DNA from: Gemmatimonadota bacterium | Lineage (GTDB): Bacteria > Gemmatimonadota > Gemmatimonadetes > Palauibacterales > Palauibacteraceae | Length of the DNA: 64,000 nucleotides | NCBI GenBank assembly: GCA_963666735.1 | Contig: OY762926.1 | Coordinates: 608,001 to 672,000 of the forward strand | Direction of reading: 5' to 3' | In this document: in pieces, positions 37,647-46,759 of the stretch | Layout of the letters: each line of letters begins with the position of its first letter | Numbering within the stretch: the first letter of the stretch is position 1 | Made by a program: the position numbers and the translations under genes | Notes under the pieces: model-generated | Databases searched by the model: none | What the model was told of the DNA's origin: nothing | The model's input: only the letters and a program-made list of their open reading frames with translations

Positions 37647-38297
37647 TCAGTCGGTATCGGCCATGCCCCGCGCGGGAGGTCGAGGGTCCTCCGCGAACGC
37701 GTCGCTCGGCAGATCCGGAAACTCGACGTACCGCTCCTTCTCCTGCGCCTCCGCGAGCCAACGCTCGAACCCGGACGGGACGAGCCCGTCCGTGCCGCAT
37801 CGATCCCGCGCCGCCGTCACCGCAAGGTGGTCGGCGTAGGTGTTCTTCACGTCTCCGGCGTGTCCCCGGGTCCAGCGCCACTCGACGCGATGGCGCGCGG
37901 CGATCCGCACGAGTTCCCGCCAGAGATCGAGGTTTTCGATCGGCCCGCCCTTCCGGCGCCAGCCGCGGCGAGCCCAGCCATGTACCCACTCCTTCATGCC
38001 CCGGATGAGATATTGGCTGTCGCTCGTGAAGACGACGCGACACGCCTGCCGCAGGGCGCCGAGCCCGACGATGCCGGAGGTGATCGCCATCCGGTTGTTC
38101 GTCGTATCCGGATCGAAGTGGGCGAAGTCCCGCCGGTACCAGCCGCGCCGCTCATCGAATCGTTCGATGAGGCCGGCGGCGGCCCCCGGATTCCGGCGAT
38201 TCTCGAACTGGTTGCCGAGGCAGGACTCGTCGGCGAAGATATGAACGAGCGGAGCATCGGTCCCGCTCTCCCGCCCGGGTCCGGAGTCGGTGGTCAA
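37647..38297 (-). CDS. rnhA: Ribonuclease HI, atypical active site
   Basis: ADESCLGN, TTNNRMA, SDSQY, WARRGW...NLDLW, WTRGHAG...N..AD.LA; TTG start after GGAGG. Confidence 0.88.
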   Translation of the reverse strand: MTTDSGPGRESGTDAPLVHIFADESCLGNQFENRRNPGAAAGLIERFDERRGWYRRDFAHFDPDTTNNRMAITSGIVGLGALRQACRVVFTSDSQYLIRGMKEWVHGWARRGWRRKGGPIENLDLWRELVRIAARHRVEWRWTRGHAGDVKNTYADHLAVTAARDRCGTDGLVPSGFERWLAEAQEKERYVEFPDLPSDAFAEDPRPPARGMADTD

Positions 38298-38380
38298 CGC
38301 GCCTCCCGAAGCTTGGGTGCGCGGGCCGCGAGCCGATGCCCGGGTCCCCGCACCTTCAACCGCCACATTGGACGCGCCCC

Positions 38381-39517
38381 GTGAGCGAGACGCAAGCACG
38401 CCCCGGATACCTCCTGCTCGAAGACGGCCGCCGATTCGACGGCGCCTATGTGGGCCCCGAGACCGAGACCGCCGGCGAAGCCGTCTTCACGACGGTGATG
38501 ACGGGATACCACGAAGTGCTCACGGATCCTTCATTTGCCGCGCAGATCGTCGTCATGACCGCGCCCATGCAGGGAGTCTACGGCATTCGCGATCCCGACG
38601 TTCAATCGCGGCGGCCCTGGGTCGCGGGCTTCGTCGTGAGGCACCTTTCGCACGAGACCGGGTCCGGGCCGGCGGATTCCACGCTGCCCGAGTACCTCGC
38701 CTCGCACGGGATTCCGACCCTGATCGGCGCGGACACGCGGGCGCTGACGCGCCATATCCGCGATGCGGGCGCAATGCGTGCGGTCGTGGCGCACGATGGG
38801 GTGGCGCCGGAGCGGGCCGCGGAACGCCTGGCCGCCGAGCCGGAGATGTCCGGTCGCGACCTCGCGACGGCCGTCTCGACGCCGGAACCGTACGAACTCG
38901 ATCCCCTCGACGGGTCGACCGACCGCGGCCTCGTGCTTTGCCTGGACTATGGAGTCAAGACGCGCAGCCTCGATCTCTTCCGCCGCGAGGGATACCGCGT
39001 GCGCGTCGTCCCGTGCGATACGGACGCTGAAACGATGCTGTCCGCCCGCCCGGACGGCGTCTTCGTCTCGAACGGACCGGGCGACCCGGAGGCGGTGCCG
39101 GGCGCGGTCGAGCGCATCCGCGCGCTCAGCGACGCGGGGGTCCCGCTGTTCGGAATCTGCCTCGGACATCAGCTCATCGCGCGGGCCTTCGGGGGCACGA
39201 ACTACAAGCTGCCCTATGGGCACCGGGGCGGGAATCACCCCGTGCTCAACCATGCCACGGGCGCGGTGGAGATCACCTCGCAGAATCACGGTTTCGCAGT
39301 GCTGGAAGAAGAGGGGCGGATCCGGGGTGGAGACGAACTCGAGGTCACGCACCGAAATCTGAATGACGGCACCGTGGAAGGGCTGGTCCACCAGGAGCGG
39401 CCGGTGTTCGCGGTACAGTACCACCCCGAATCGGCTCCGGGACCTCACGACAGCCGATACCTGTTCAGCCGCTTCGTCGAGACGATGCGGAATTGCGGAA
39501 GCCCCGCCTCGAGTTGA
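38381..39517 (+). CDS. carA: Carbamoyl-phosphate synthase small subunit
   Basis: LLLEDG, GEAVF, SNGPGDP, GICLGHQ, TSQNHGF, QYHPE. Confidence 0.96.
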   Translation: MSETQARPGYLLLEDGRRFDGAYVGPETETAGEAVFTTVMTGYHEVLTDPSFAAQIVVMTAPMQGVYGIRDPDVQSRRPWVAGFVVRHLSHETGSGPADSTLPEYLASHGIPTLIGADTRALTRHIRDAGAMRAVVAHDGVAPERAAERLAAEPEMSGRDLATAVSTPEPYELDPLDGSTDRGLVLCLDYGVKTRSLDLFRREGYRVRVVPCDTDAETMLSARPDGVFVSNGPGDPEAVPGAVERIRALSDAGVPLFGICLGHQLIARAFGGTNYKLPYGHRGGNHPVLNHATGAVEITSQNHGFAVLEEEGRIRGGDELEVTHRNLNDGTVEGLVHQERPVFAVQYHPESAPGPHDSRYLFSRFVETMRNCGSPASS

Positions 39518-39628
39518 CTCCGCGGTGTGCGTCGATACTACGCGTTGAACGTTGGCGATATGTTGTCTAGGTTGCGATGGGCATCCCCCAAGGACTCACA
39601 GACCCACTTCCACGGACCGTCGCGTGAC

Positions 39629-40528
39629 GTGACCCACGACAAGCGAAACACGGTGATCGCCCTCCTGGCGTTGTTCGGCCTCTTCGGTGTGGGTGCGATC
39701 CTGTCGATCTGGTGGACGGTGGGGAATACGTCGTTTCTCGCCGGGGGACGGGTCGCGGTCGTCCCTCTGCGGGGCGTGATCGCGGACGAAGCAGGGTTCA
39801 CGAAGGCGCTCAACGGTTTTCGCGAAGACCCCAGCGTGCGCGCTTTCGTGATCGAGATCGAGTCTCCGGGAGGTACCGTGGGGGCCTCGCAGAGCATCTT
39901 CGAAGCCATTCGCGACCTGCGGGACGACGACGACCGGCCCGTCCTCGCCTGGATGGGCGATGTGGGAGCCTCGGGGGGGTACTACGCCGCAGTCGGGGCC
40001 GACAGCGTGTACGCGCTGCCCGGCACGATGACCGGATCCATCGGCGTCATCATGGAATTCCCCAACGCGGAGGAGTTGTTCCGCAAAGTCGGCGTCGGCT
40101 GGGAGGTCGTGACAAGCGGCGCGCACAAGGATCTGGGTGGCCTCGCACGCGCCCTTTCTCCTGCGGACCGCGAAATCCTCGAGGAAATCGTGCGCGACGT
40201 ACACGAGCAGTTCGTCGAGGTGGTGTCCGAAAACCGGAGCCTGGACCGGGAGACCGTCCTCGGGCTGGCGGACGGCCGGATCTTTACGGGCCGGCAGGCG
40301 AACGAAATCGGACTCATCGACGGCCTCATGACCCTGACGGAGACCATTGCACTCGCCGGCCGGATGGCGGGCCTGGGAACGGACCCGGCGATCGTGCGGC
40401 CGCGTGAGCCGACCATCGGGCTGTTCGATCTGCTCGGAGGGCTGAGCATCGGCGATGCACGGACATGGATCGGAACGGTAGCGCCGCTGCGCCCGGGCGC
40501 GCCGAGACTCCTCTTTGAACTCAGATAG
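39629..40528 (+). CDS. sppA: Signal peptide peptidase SppA (short form)
   Basis: ESPGG, ASGGYY, TGSIGV, SGAHKD, DGRIFTG. Confidence 0.93.
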   Translation: MTHDKRNTVIALLALFGLFGVGAILSIWWTVGNTSFLAGGRVAVVPLRGVIADEAGFTKALNGFREDPSVRAFVIEIESPGGTVGASQSIFEAIRDLRDDDDRPVLAWMGDVGASGGYYAAVGADSVYALPGTMTGSIGVIMEFPNAEELFRKVGVGWEVVTSGAHKDLGGLARALSPADREILEEIVRDVHEQFVEVVSENRSLDRETVLGLADGRIFTGRQANEIGLIDGLMTLTETIALAGRMAGLGTDPAIVRPREPTIGLFDLLGGLSIGDARTWIGTVAPLRPGAPRLLFELR

Positions 40529-40592
40529 GTGCTCCCATCCCGGAGCAAGACGCCAAATACACAGGGTTGCACAACGCTCGGAGGAGAGGGAG

Positions 40593-40892
40593 ATGACGAA
40601 GGCGGATCTCATCGAACAGGTCCACGAGGCCATCGGCCCCGGCGTGACGAAGAGGGACTGTGCCGCGGTGGTCAACGCGTTTCTGAACGCGGTAAAGGGA
40701 GCCGTTGTGCAAGGCAATCACATCGAGATTCGCGGCTTCGGGACGTTCAAGGTGCGGGAGCGCCGGACCCGCATGGCGCGCAATCCGCGCACGGGCGATC
40801 CCGTTCGGGTGCCGCAGAGGAAAGTGCCCGTCTTCAAGCCCTCGCGCCTGCTGCGCGACGAGGTGGCGGCGAGCCTGGAGGACCGGAGCTGA
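40593..40892 (+). CDS. HU/integration host factor (beta-like) DNA-binding protein
   Basis: MTKADL...IEIRGFGTF...ARNPRTG...FKPS. Confidence 0.95.
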   Translation: MTKADLIEQVHEAIGPGVTKRDCAAVVNAFLNAVKGAVVQGNHIEIRGFGTFKVRERRTRMARNPRTGDPVRVPQRKVPVFKPSRLLRDEVAASLEDRS

Positions 40893-40916
40893 ACCGGCCG
40901 CACCGAGTGCGGGCGG

Positions 40917-42098
40917 TCAGCCGAAGAAGTCGGCGATCCGTTCCAGTCCCTCTTCCAGGACTTCGCGTTCCACGGCGAAGTTGAAGCGCAGGTGCCCCGG
41001 AGAGCCGAACGGCTCGCCGGGCATGCATGCCACCTGGGCATCGGCGAGCAGCCGCTCGGCGACGTCGAGCGATGTAGCGCCGCGGTCGGTGAGCCGTCCG
41101 TAGAAATACAGGGCGCCGTCCGGCTGGAACGCCTCGATCCCGTCGATCTTCGCGAACATCGATAGCCCCAGTTCCCGGAGTTCCGAGAGCCTGGACAGGA
41201 GATCCGTGACGAACGCCTCGCGGGGAGCGCTCTCGCCGAGCGCGGCCGCGGCGGCGTGCTGGGAGGGGCCGACGGCCCCGGACGTCGTCTGTCCCTGCAG
41301 ATCGGCCATCTTGCGGACGACGTCCGGCGGCCCCACGGCATACCCGATTCGGAACCCCGGCATGCAGAACGCCTTCGAGACGCCGTCGAGCAGGATCGTC
41401 CTCTCCCCGCGCTCCGCGATGTCGAATACGGACGGCGCGGGGGCCCCGTAGGCGAGCCGGCGGTAGATCTCGTCGGACAGCACCCAGATCCCGTGTCGGT
41501 CCGCCCACGCCATGATCCCGCGCAGCAGATCGGTCGGGATGACGGCCCCGGTCGGGTTTCCGGGACTGTTGAGCATGAGCCCCCGGGTCCGCGGCGTGCG
41601 GGCAGCCTCGAGATCCTCGACGGTCGGCGCGAACCCCCCGTCCCAGGTCGTCTCCACGATGACCGGCTCCGCCCCCGCGAGTCGGACGATCGTCGTATAG
41701 CTCGGCCAGTAGGGGGAAGGCACCAACACTTCCTCGCCGGCGCCGAACAGGGAGTAGCAGCAGTTGAACAGCGACTGCTTCACGCCCGCGCTCACGATCA
41801 CGGAGTCCGGATTCACCCTCTCCGCGGCCGTCGTCTCACGCAGGTAGCGCCCGATCGCGTCGCGCAGTTCGGGAAGCCCTGACGTCGGAGGATATCCCGT
41901 CTTCCCCTGCTCGATCGCCCGAATGCCGGCGCGTGCCGCGAACGGCGGGGCGGGATACTGCGGCTCGCCGGCCGAGAGGTCCACGACCGGAACCCCCGCC
42001 GCCCTCAGTTTCCGGGCGCGGGCGGCGAGCACCAGCGTGGCCGATGCTTCGAGCCGGGCGACGTTCGGGGAAAACTGCGTAGCGGGCACGGCGGGCAC
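40917..42098 (-). CDS. PLP-dependent class I aminotransferase (aspartate aminotransferase-like)
   Basis: AGEP, GLPELR, NSPGNPTG, SDEIY, SKAFCMPGFRIGY. Confidence 0.93.
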   Translation of the reverse strand: MPAVPATQFSPNVARLEASATLVLAARARKLRAAGVPVVDLSAGEPQYPAPPFAARAGIRAIEQGKTGYPPTSGLPELRDAIGRYLRETTAAERVNPDSVIVSAGVKQSLFNCCYSLFGAGEEVLVPSPYWPSYTTIVRLAGAEPVIVETTWDGGFAPTVEDLEAARTPRTRGLMLNSPGNPTGAVIPTDLLRGIMAWADRHGIWVLSDEIYRRLAYGAPAPSVFDIAERGERTILLDGVSKAFCMPGFRIGYAVGPPDVVRKMADLQGQTTSGAVGPSQHAAAAALGESAPREAFVTDLLSRLSELRELGLSMFAKIDGIEAFQPDGALYFYGRLTDRGATSLDVAERLLADAQVACMPGEPFGSPGHLRFNFAVEREVLEEGLERIADFFG

Positions 42099-42114
42099 TC
42101 TTGTCGAAGGGGTT

Positions 42115-42140
42115 GATCGGATTTGAGATCGGATTTGAGA
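42115..42140. repeat. 12-bp tandem direct repeat (GATCGGATTTGA x2)
   Basis: Directly visible in the divergent intergenic region between the aminotransferase and the moa operon. Confidence 0.8.
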
Positions 42141-42193
42141 GAGGGCTGCCGCACCCCTATCTTACGGCTGCTGATGGTACGCGGGGAGAGTCC

Positions 42194-42469
42194 ATGACGA
42201 CAGAGACGGCAAGCGCGTTGGCCCCGGCGGCCGTGTTGGCCGCCACGCGAGATTTCTTCCTCGGAGACGACCGGATGGTTGACGCCTGGGTCGATACCGA
42301 GAGCGATACGCACATCGCGTTCTGCACCTTCAGGGGCAACCTCGCGGTTGCGGCTTTCCCGGATCCCGAGGGGCATGACGGGACGCGGGTCCGGGTGACG
42401 ACGCTGCGCGAAGAGGGAATCGTGCCGCGGCTCCTCGCCCACCTCGCGCTGGCGAGCGCGCGCCCATAA
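42194..42469 (+). CDS. Hypothetical protein at the head of the moaDE operon
   Basis: RBS GGGGAG, ATG 42194; TAATG coupling to moaD. Confidence 0.65.
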   Translation: MTTETASALAPAAVLAATRDFFLGDDRMVDAWVDTESDTHIAFCTFRGNLAVAAFPDPEGHDGTRVRVTTLREEGIVPRLLAHLALASARP

Positions 42470-42720
42470 TGGATCGGATTTCGGTTCGCACCCTCTTTTT
42501 CGGCGTGTATGGCGAACTTGCCGCACGAAGAGAGGGCTCGGCGGAACTCGCGGCGGACAGCACCGTGGCGGACCTCGTCGATGCCCTGCGCGGGACGGGG
42601 GGCCTGGACTGGCTGCCGGATCGGGTCGTCGTCGCCGTCAATCAGAATTACGCGGACTCCGGCACGACCCTCTCCGATGGGGACGAGGTCGCCCTCATCC
42701 CTCCCGTGGCGGGCGGCTGA
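42469..42720 (+). CDS. moaD: Molybdopterin synthase sulfur carrier
   Basis: VAVNQNY...DGDEVALIPPVAGG C-terminal di-Gly. Confidence 0.95.
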   Translation: MDRISVRTLFFGVYGELAARREGSAELAADSTVADLVDALRGTGGLDWLPDRVVVAVNQNYADSGTTLSDGDEVALIPPVAGG

Positions 42721-42724
42721 GCCG

Positions 42725-43222
42725 ATGTCACAGGGGTCGCGCGACCGCGTCCGGGCATGGATCACGGGCGAGAGTCTGGACGATTTCGCCCTGTTCGAGG
42801 ATATTGTCGGAGACATCGGGTCCGTGGCGGACGGCGCGCTGCTCTTTTTTCAGGGGCGGGTCCGCGGCACGAACCGCGGCCGTGCGGTGTCGCGTCTTTC
42901 CTACGAGGCGTACGGCGAGATGGCGGAGCGGGAACTGTCGGCCATCTGCCACGAGGCGCTGGAGAAGTTCGCAGTGGGCTCCGTCGCCGCGGCCCACCGC
43001 GTGGGCGAACTCGCGCTGGGAGAGGTGAGCGTGGCGATCGCGGTCACGTCGGAACACCGCGACGATGGGTACCGGGCGTCGCGCTGGATTATCGAAACGA
43101 TCAAGGTCAGACTGCCGATCTGGAAGCATGAACACTACGATGATGGTGAATCGCACTGGGTGGGAGCCCCGATTCAGGGGGCGGAAGCCCTGCCCGGGGG
43201 GTCACGGCTGAAGAAGGTCTGA
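42725..43222 (+). CDS. moaE: Molybdopterin synthase catalytic subunit
   Basis: FQGRVR, LSYEAY, HRVGEL, SEHR, PIWKHEHY.DG..W. Confidence 0.95.
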   Translation: MSQGSRDRVRAWITGESLDDFALFEDIVGDIGSVADGALLFFQGRVRGTNRGRAVSRLSYEAYGEMAERELSAICHEALEKFAVGSVAAAHRVGELALGEVSVAIAVTSEHRDDGYRASRWIIETIKVRLPIWKHEHYDDGESHWVGAPIQGAEALPGGSRLKKV

Positions 43223-43292
43223 TCAAGGGCCGCCTGATGGCGCCGGAGGCAACCGGCCTTCGGGCACAGGCGCCCAAATCGAGGAGGACGCC

Positions 43293-43415
43293 ATGTTCAA
43301 GATGGTCCGCAACCTGCTGGTCGTTGCCATGATCGCGACGGTTTCTTTCGCCGGAGACTGTGGCGATGACGACGACAACATGATGATGCAGGAAAACGTC
43401 TCGGCTATCAGCTAG
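43293..43415 (+). CDS. 40-aa exported/lipoprotein-like peptide
   Basis: Perfect RBS GAGGAGG; MFKMVRNLLVVAMIATVSFAGDCGDDDDNMMMQENVSAIS; below the ORF-track cutoff. Confidence 0.7.
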   Translation: MFKMVRNLLVVAMIATVSFAGDCGDDDDNMMMQENVSAIS

Positions 43416-43524
43416 CCGTCCGTAGCGGGGCTCCGCGCCGCTGGAACGTGGCGCGGAGTCCCTCCACTCGCCGCTCTCGGCTGGAGGGGCGACGAGGCTC
43501 CTCGCAACCCTCACTACCGGTGCC

Positions 43525-44505
43525 ATGAGAGATCAGTTCGGCCGCCGTATCCGGTATCTTCGGATCTCGGTCACGGATCGGTGCAACCTTCGGTGCACGT
43601 ACTGCATGCCGGAGGAGGGACTGGCCTGGATCCCCAAGCCGGAGATGCTCGCGTACGAGGAGATCGCCGAGATCGTGCGCCAGATGGCCGGTCTCGGACT
43701 GGAGCGCGTCCGCATCACGGGCGGAGAACCGCTCGTTCGCAGGGATCTTCCGGACCTCGTGCGCATGATCTCCGCGGTGCCGGGCATCGACGACATCTCC
43801 CTCTCCACGAACGCCATCCTGCTGCCCCGTTTCGCGATGGCCCTCAGGGAAGCGGGCGTCGCACGCGTGAACGTCAGCCTCGACACGCTCGACCGCGACC
43901 GCTTCGAGGAGATCGCCCGGCGCCCGGCGCGGCGCTTCGATGAAACGATGGTGGGTCTCCGCGCCGCGGAGGAGGCGGGCTTCGCTCCGATCAAGATCAA
44001 CTGCGTCATCATGCGGGGCCTCAACGACCATGAGGTCGTGGACTTTGCGGAGATCACGCGGGAGCGGCCGTGGCATGTGCGCTTCATCGAAGTGATGCCG
44101 GTGGGACAGAACCTTCATCTCACCGACCGTTTCATCTCGGCGGACGAAGTGCTCGAGAACATCCGCGCGATCGAGGAGCTTCGGCCGGACTCGGGACCGC
44201 GGGGGAACGGGCCCGCCGTGTACTATCGCTTTCCGGGCGGCGCCGGGACGGTGGGTGCGATCACGCCCCTCTCCCACAACTACTGCGAACGCTGCAACCG
44301 TATGCGGCTGACCGCCGATGGGAAGCTGCGGACGTGCCTGTTCGGCGACCACGAGGTCGATCTGAAGGGTCCGCTGCGTGAGACGGGCAGTATCGACGGT
44401 GCGGTGGCGGAGGCGCTCGCCGGGAAGCCGAAGCGTCATTATCTGGAGCTGGGGACGGCGGCCGGGAGCGGCGGGCTCGCGGCGCTGAGCCAGGTGGGGG
44501 GCTGA
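43525..44505 (+). CDS. moaA: GTP 3',8-cyclase (radical SAM)
   Basis: DQFGR..YLRISVTDRCNLRCTYC, TGGEP, CERCNRMR...CLF, C-terminal VGG. Confidence 0.97.
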   Translation: MRDQFGRRIRYLRISVTDRCNLRCTYCMPEEGLAWIPKPEMLAYEEIAEIVRQMAGLGLERVRITGGEPLVRRDLPDLVRMISAVPGIDDISLSTNAILLPRFAMALREAGVARVNVSLDTLDRDRFEEIARRPARRFDETMVGLRAAEEAGFAPIKINCVIMRGLNDHEVVDFAEITRERPWHVRFIEVMPVGQNLHLTDRFISADEVLENIRAIEELRPDSGPRGNGPAVYYRFPGGAGTVGAITPLSHNYCERCNRMRLTADGKLRTCLFGDHEVDLKGPLRETGSIDGAVAEALAGKPKRHYLELGTAAGSGGLAALSQVGG

Positions 44506-44741
44506 TGAGCTACGAGGAAAGACTCCGGCACAGGGATCTGCTCGAACGCGCCGCGGAGCTGCGCAAGCGGCTGGAACTGGAAGACGGCGGTTCCCCGATG
44601 CGGCGCGAGGAAGGCCGGGAACTGGCGGCGATTCTGGAGGCGACGCTGACCGAGGTCGGCCCGGAGCGCTGGGATCGGGTGATGGAGGTCGTCGCAAGCG
44701 AAGCCGCGCGCAGGGCCGGCGCCGGGTCGATTTTCGACTGA
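44505..44741 (+). CDS. Small helical hypothetical protein
   Basis: TGATG coupling to moaA; fills the gap exactly. Confidence 0.6.
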   Translation: MSYEERLRHRDLLERAAELRKRLELEDGGSPMRREEGRELAAILEATLTEVGPERWDRVMEVVASEAARRAGAGSIFD

Positions 44742-45127
44742 CCGGCGCCGATTCGCCGCACCGCGGGCTCCTCGCGGCCGGGTTTCTGCTCGCGGGCCTG
44801 GGGGTCGCCGCCGGAGCCTTCGGCGCCCACTCGCTCGAGGGTCGCCTTTCGGCGGAGAACCTCGCGGTCTTCGACACCGCGGCTCGATACCACATGCTGC
44901 ACGCCCTCGGGCTCATCCTCCTCGGCCTTGCGGCGGCGCGCTGGCCGGATGCGGCATGGAGGTGTCCCGGGCTGCTGATGCTGTGTGGCGTCGCGGTGTT
45001 CAGCGGTACGCTCTACGCCCTCTCCCTCTCCGGCATCGGCTGGCTCGGCGCGGTCACGCCAATCGGGGGGGCCGCACTCATCGCCGGATGGCTCTGGGCG
45101 GGCTGGATCGCTCTGACTCGAATCTGA
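44738..45127 (+). CDS. DUF423 (YgdD-like) membrane protein
   Basis: GAFGAH, TAARYHMLHA, FSGTLY, TPIGG...GW; needs an upstream CTG start. Confidence 0.85.
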   Translation: MTGADSPHRGLLAAGFLLAGLGVAAGAFGAHSLEGRLSAENLAVFDTAARYHMLHALGLILLGLAAARWPDAAWRCPGLLMLCGVAVFSGTLYALSLSGIGWLGAVTPIGGAALIAGWLWAGWIALTRI

Positions 45128-45220
45128 CCCGGCCGTGTACTTGACGCCCGCATAGGTTCAGGCTGTAGAACTGTAGAAGCGGACTCGCGAGCGGCCGTCC
45201 CCCGAAACCGAGAGGTCTGA

Positions 45221-45775
45221 TTGGCGATCAAGAGCGACGGTTGGATCCGGCGCATGGCACGCGGGCACGGGATGATCGAACCCTTCGCCGACCGCCAGAT
45301 CCGCGACGGCGTCATTTCGTATGGCGTCAGCAGTTACGGCTACGACATGCGGGTCGCCGACGAATTCCGGATCTTCCACAACGCGCTCTTTCCGGTCGTC
45401 GACCCCAAGCAGTTCGATGAACGCTCCTTCCTCGAATACTCGGGCGAGGTCTGCATCATCCCCCCGAACTCCTTCGCGCTCGCGCGATCGATCGAGTATT
45501 TCCGGATTCCGCGGACCATCCTTACGATCTGCGTGGGGAAGAGCACGTACGCGCGCTGCGGTCTCATCGTGAACGTCACGCCCTTCGAACCCGAGTGGGA
45601 GGGACATGTGACGCTCGAGATATCGAATACCACGCCGCTGCCCGCCCGCGTGTACGCGAACGAGGGGATCGCGCAGGTCCTCTTCTTCGAGGCGGACGAG
45701 GTCTGCGAGGTCAGCTACGCGGACAAGGCCGGCAAGTACCAGGGTCAGACAGGAGTTACGCCCCCCAAGCTCTAG
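45221..45775 (+). CDS. dcd: dCTP deaminase
   Basis: [44 protein letters not shown]. Confidence 0.97.
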   Translation: MAIKSDGWIRRMARGHGMIEPFADRQIRDGVISYGVSSYGYDMRVADEFRIFHNALFPVVDPKQFDERSFLEYSGEVCIIPPNSFALARSIEYFRIPRTILTICVGKSTYARCGLIVNVTPFEPEWEGHVTLEISNTTPLPARVYANEGIAQVLFFEADEVCEVSYADKAGKYQGQTGVTPPKL

Positions 45776-46644
45776 CCGCCCGCGGCAGGCTCCCGGCCGG
45801 CCGGGAGCCGGGCGGCCAGCTCGCCCAACAGGCGGGCCAACAGCCGCGGATGCTGCTCCGTCAGCACGTGGCCGCCGTCCCTGGACAGCGTGAATCCACA
45901 TTCGAGTCGTGCGGCGAGACGCCGCGCGGCGGCGACGGGTATCCTCGGGTCATGCGCCCCCGCGATCACGTGCGCGGCGACCGGGCGGCGGGGCATGCGA
46001 TCCTCCAGCTCCGAAGGGCGCCAGTCGCAGAGGATGCGCAGGAGCGTCCGAGCCTGGCGTGGGCTCCCCCAGGGCCGGGCGTAGGCGGCTACCAGATCCG
46101 GAGGGGCCCGGAAGGCAGGACCGCACGCCCGCCGTAGGATCAGATGGCCCAGCGGCGCGTGAAGCGGCGCCAGGAGGCTCCCGACCGCCCCCCGCACCGT
46201 GGACGACCGCAACAGCCGCAGAACGGCCGGGCTCCGGATCTCCGGCGTGACCGGGTTCGAGAGGAGGAGTCCGGAGATGGACTGTTCCGCCCGCGCGAGT
46301 GCGAGCGCGAGCGCGGCGCCCTGGGAGTGCCCGGCGACGAGCTGCGGGCGGGGACCGTCCGGCGCCAGCGCCCGTACAAGCTCGCGCAGCCGGCGCACCT
46401 CATCGTCCAGCGTGTACGAGAGTCCCGGTCGCGCGTCCGATGCGCCCCGCCCCGGCAGGTCGGGAAGCCAGCACTCCCAGCCCGGATGCGCTTCGACGAA
46501 GAGTTCGGCGACCGGCCGCCATGCCCGGCCGTGGGCACTGATCCCGTGCAGGAAGAGGGCGGGGCGTCCCCGGCCCATGATCGCCACACGCGCCGTGCCG
46601 TCGCGGATCGCGACGTTATGCATGACAGCCTGCTCTCGACTCAT
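45772..46644 (-). CDS. Alpha/beta fold hydrolase
   Basis: FLHG, DLPGRG, GHSQG nucleophile, Asp (GAHD), His (GGH). Start uncertain. Confidence 0.88.
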   Translation of the reverse strand: MSREQAVMHNVAIRDGTARVAIMGRGRPALFLHGISAHGRAWRPVAELFVEAHPGWECWLPDLPGRGASDARPGLSYTLDDEVRRLRELVRALAPDGPRPQLVAGHSQGAALALALARAEQSISGLLLSNPVTPEIRSPAVLRLLRSSTVRGAVGSLLAPLHAPLGHLILRRACGPAFRAPPDLVAAYARPWGSPRQARTLLRILCDWRPSELEDRMPRRPVAAHVIAGAHDPRIPVAAARRLAARLECGFTLSRDGGHVLTEQHPRLLARLLGELAARLPAGREPAAGG

Positions 46645-46759
46645 TCGCTCCCCCTGCATCGCAAGCGTAACTCGCTTGCCGGTGGTACCCCTCCGCGATA
46701 CCTTCGCGGCGCGGGAAAGTGAAGAAATTCACAAGCTCGCACGAGAGGAGCGAACCCCT

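Noticed and set aside
43233..43270. CTGATG in the structured leader suggested a hammerhead ribozyme
   Set aside because: The core needs CUGANGA and GAAA; here it is CUGAUGG and there is no GAAA.
43293..44505. Small peptide next to a radical SAM gene as a possible RiPP cluster
   Set aside because: The enzyme has all MoaA hallmarks (YLRISVTDRC, C-terminal GG) and moaDE context; no RiPP recognition element, protease or transporter.
45163..45178. CTGTAGAA x2 upstream of dcd as a possible NrdR box
   Set aside because: A direct repeat that does not match the palindromic NrdR consensus; too short to support.
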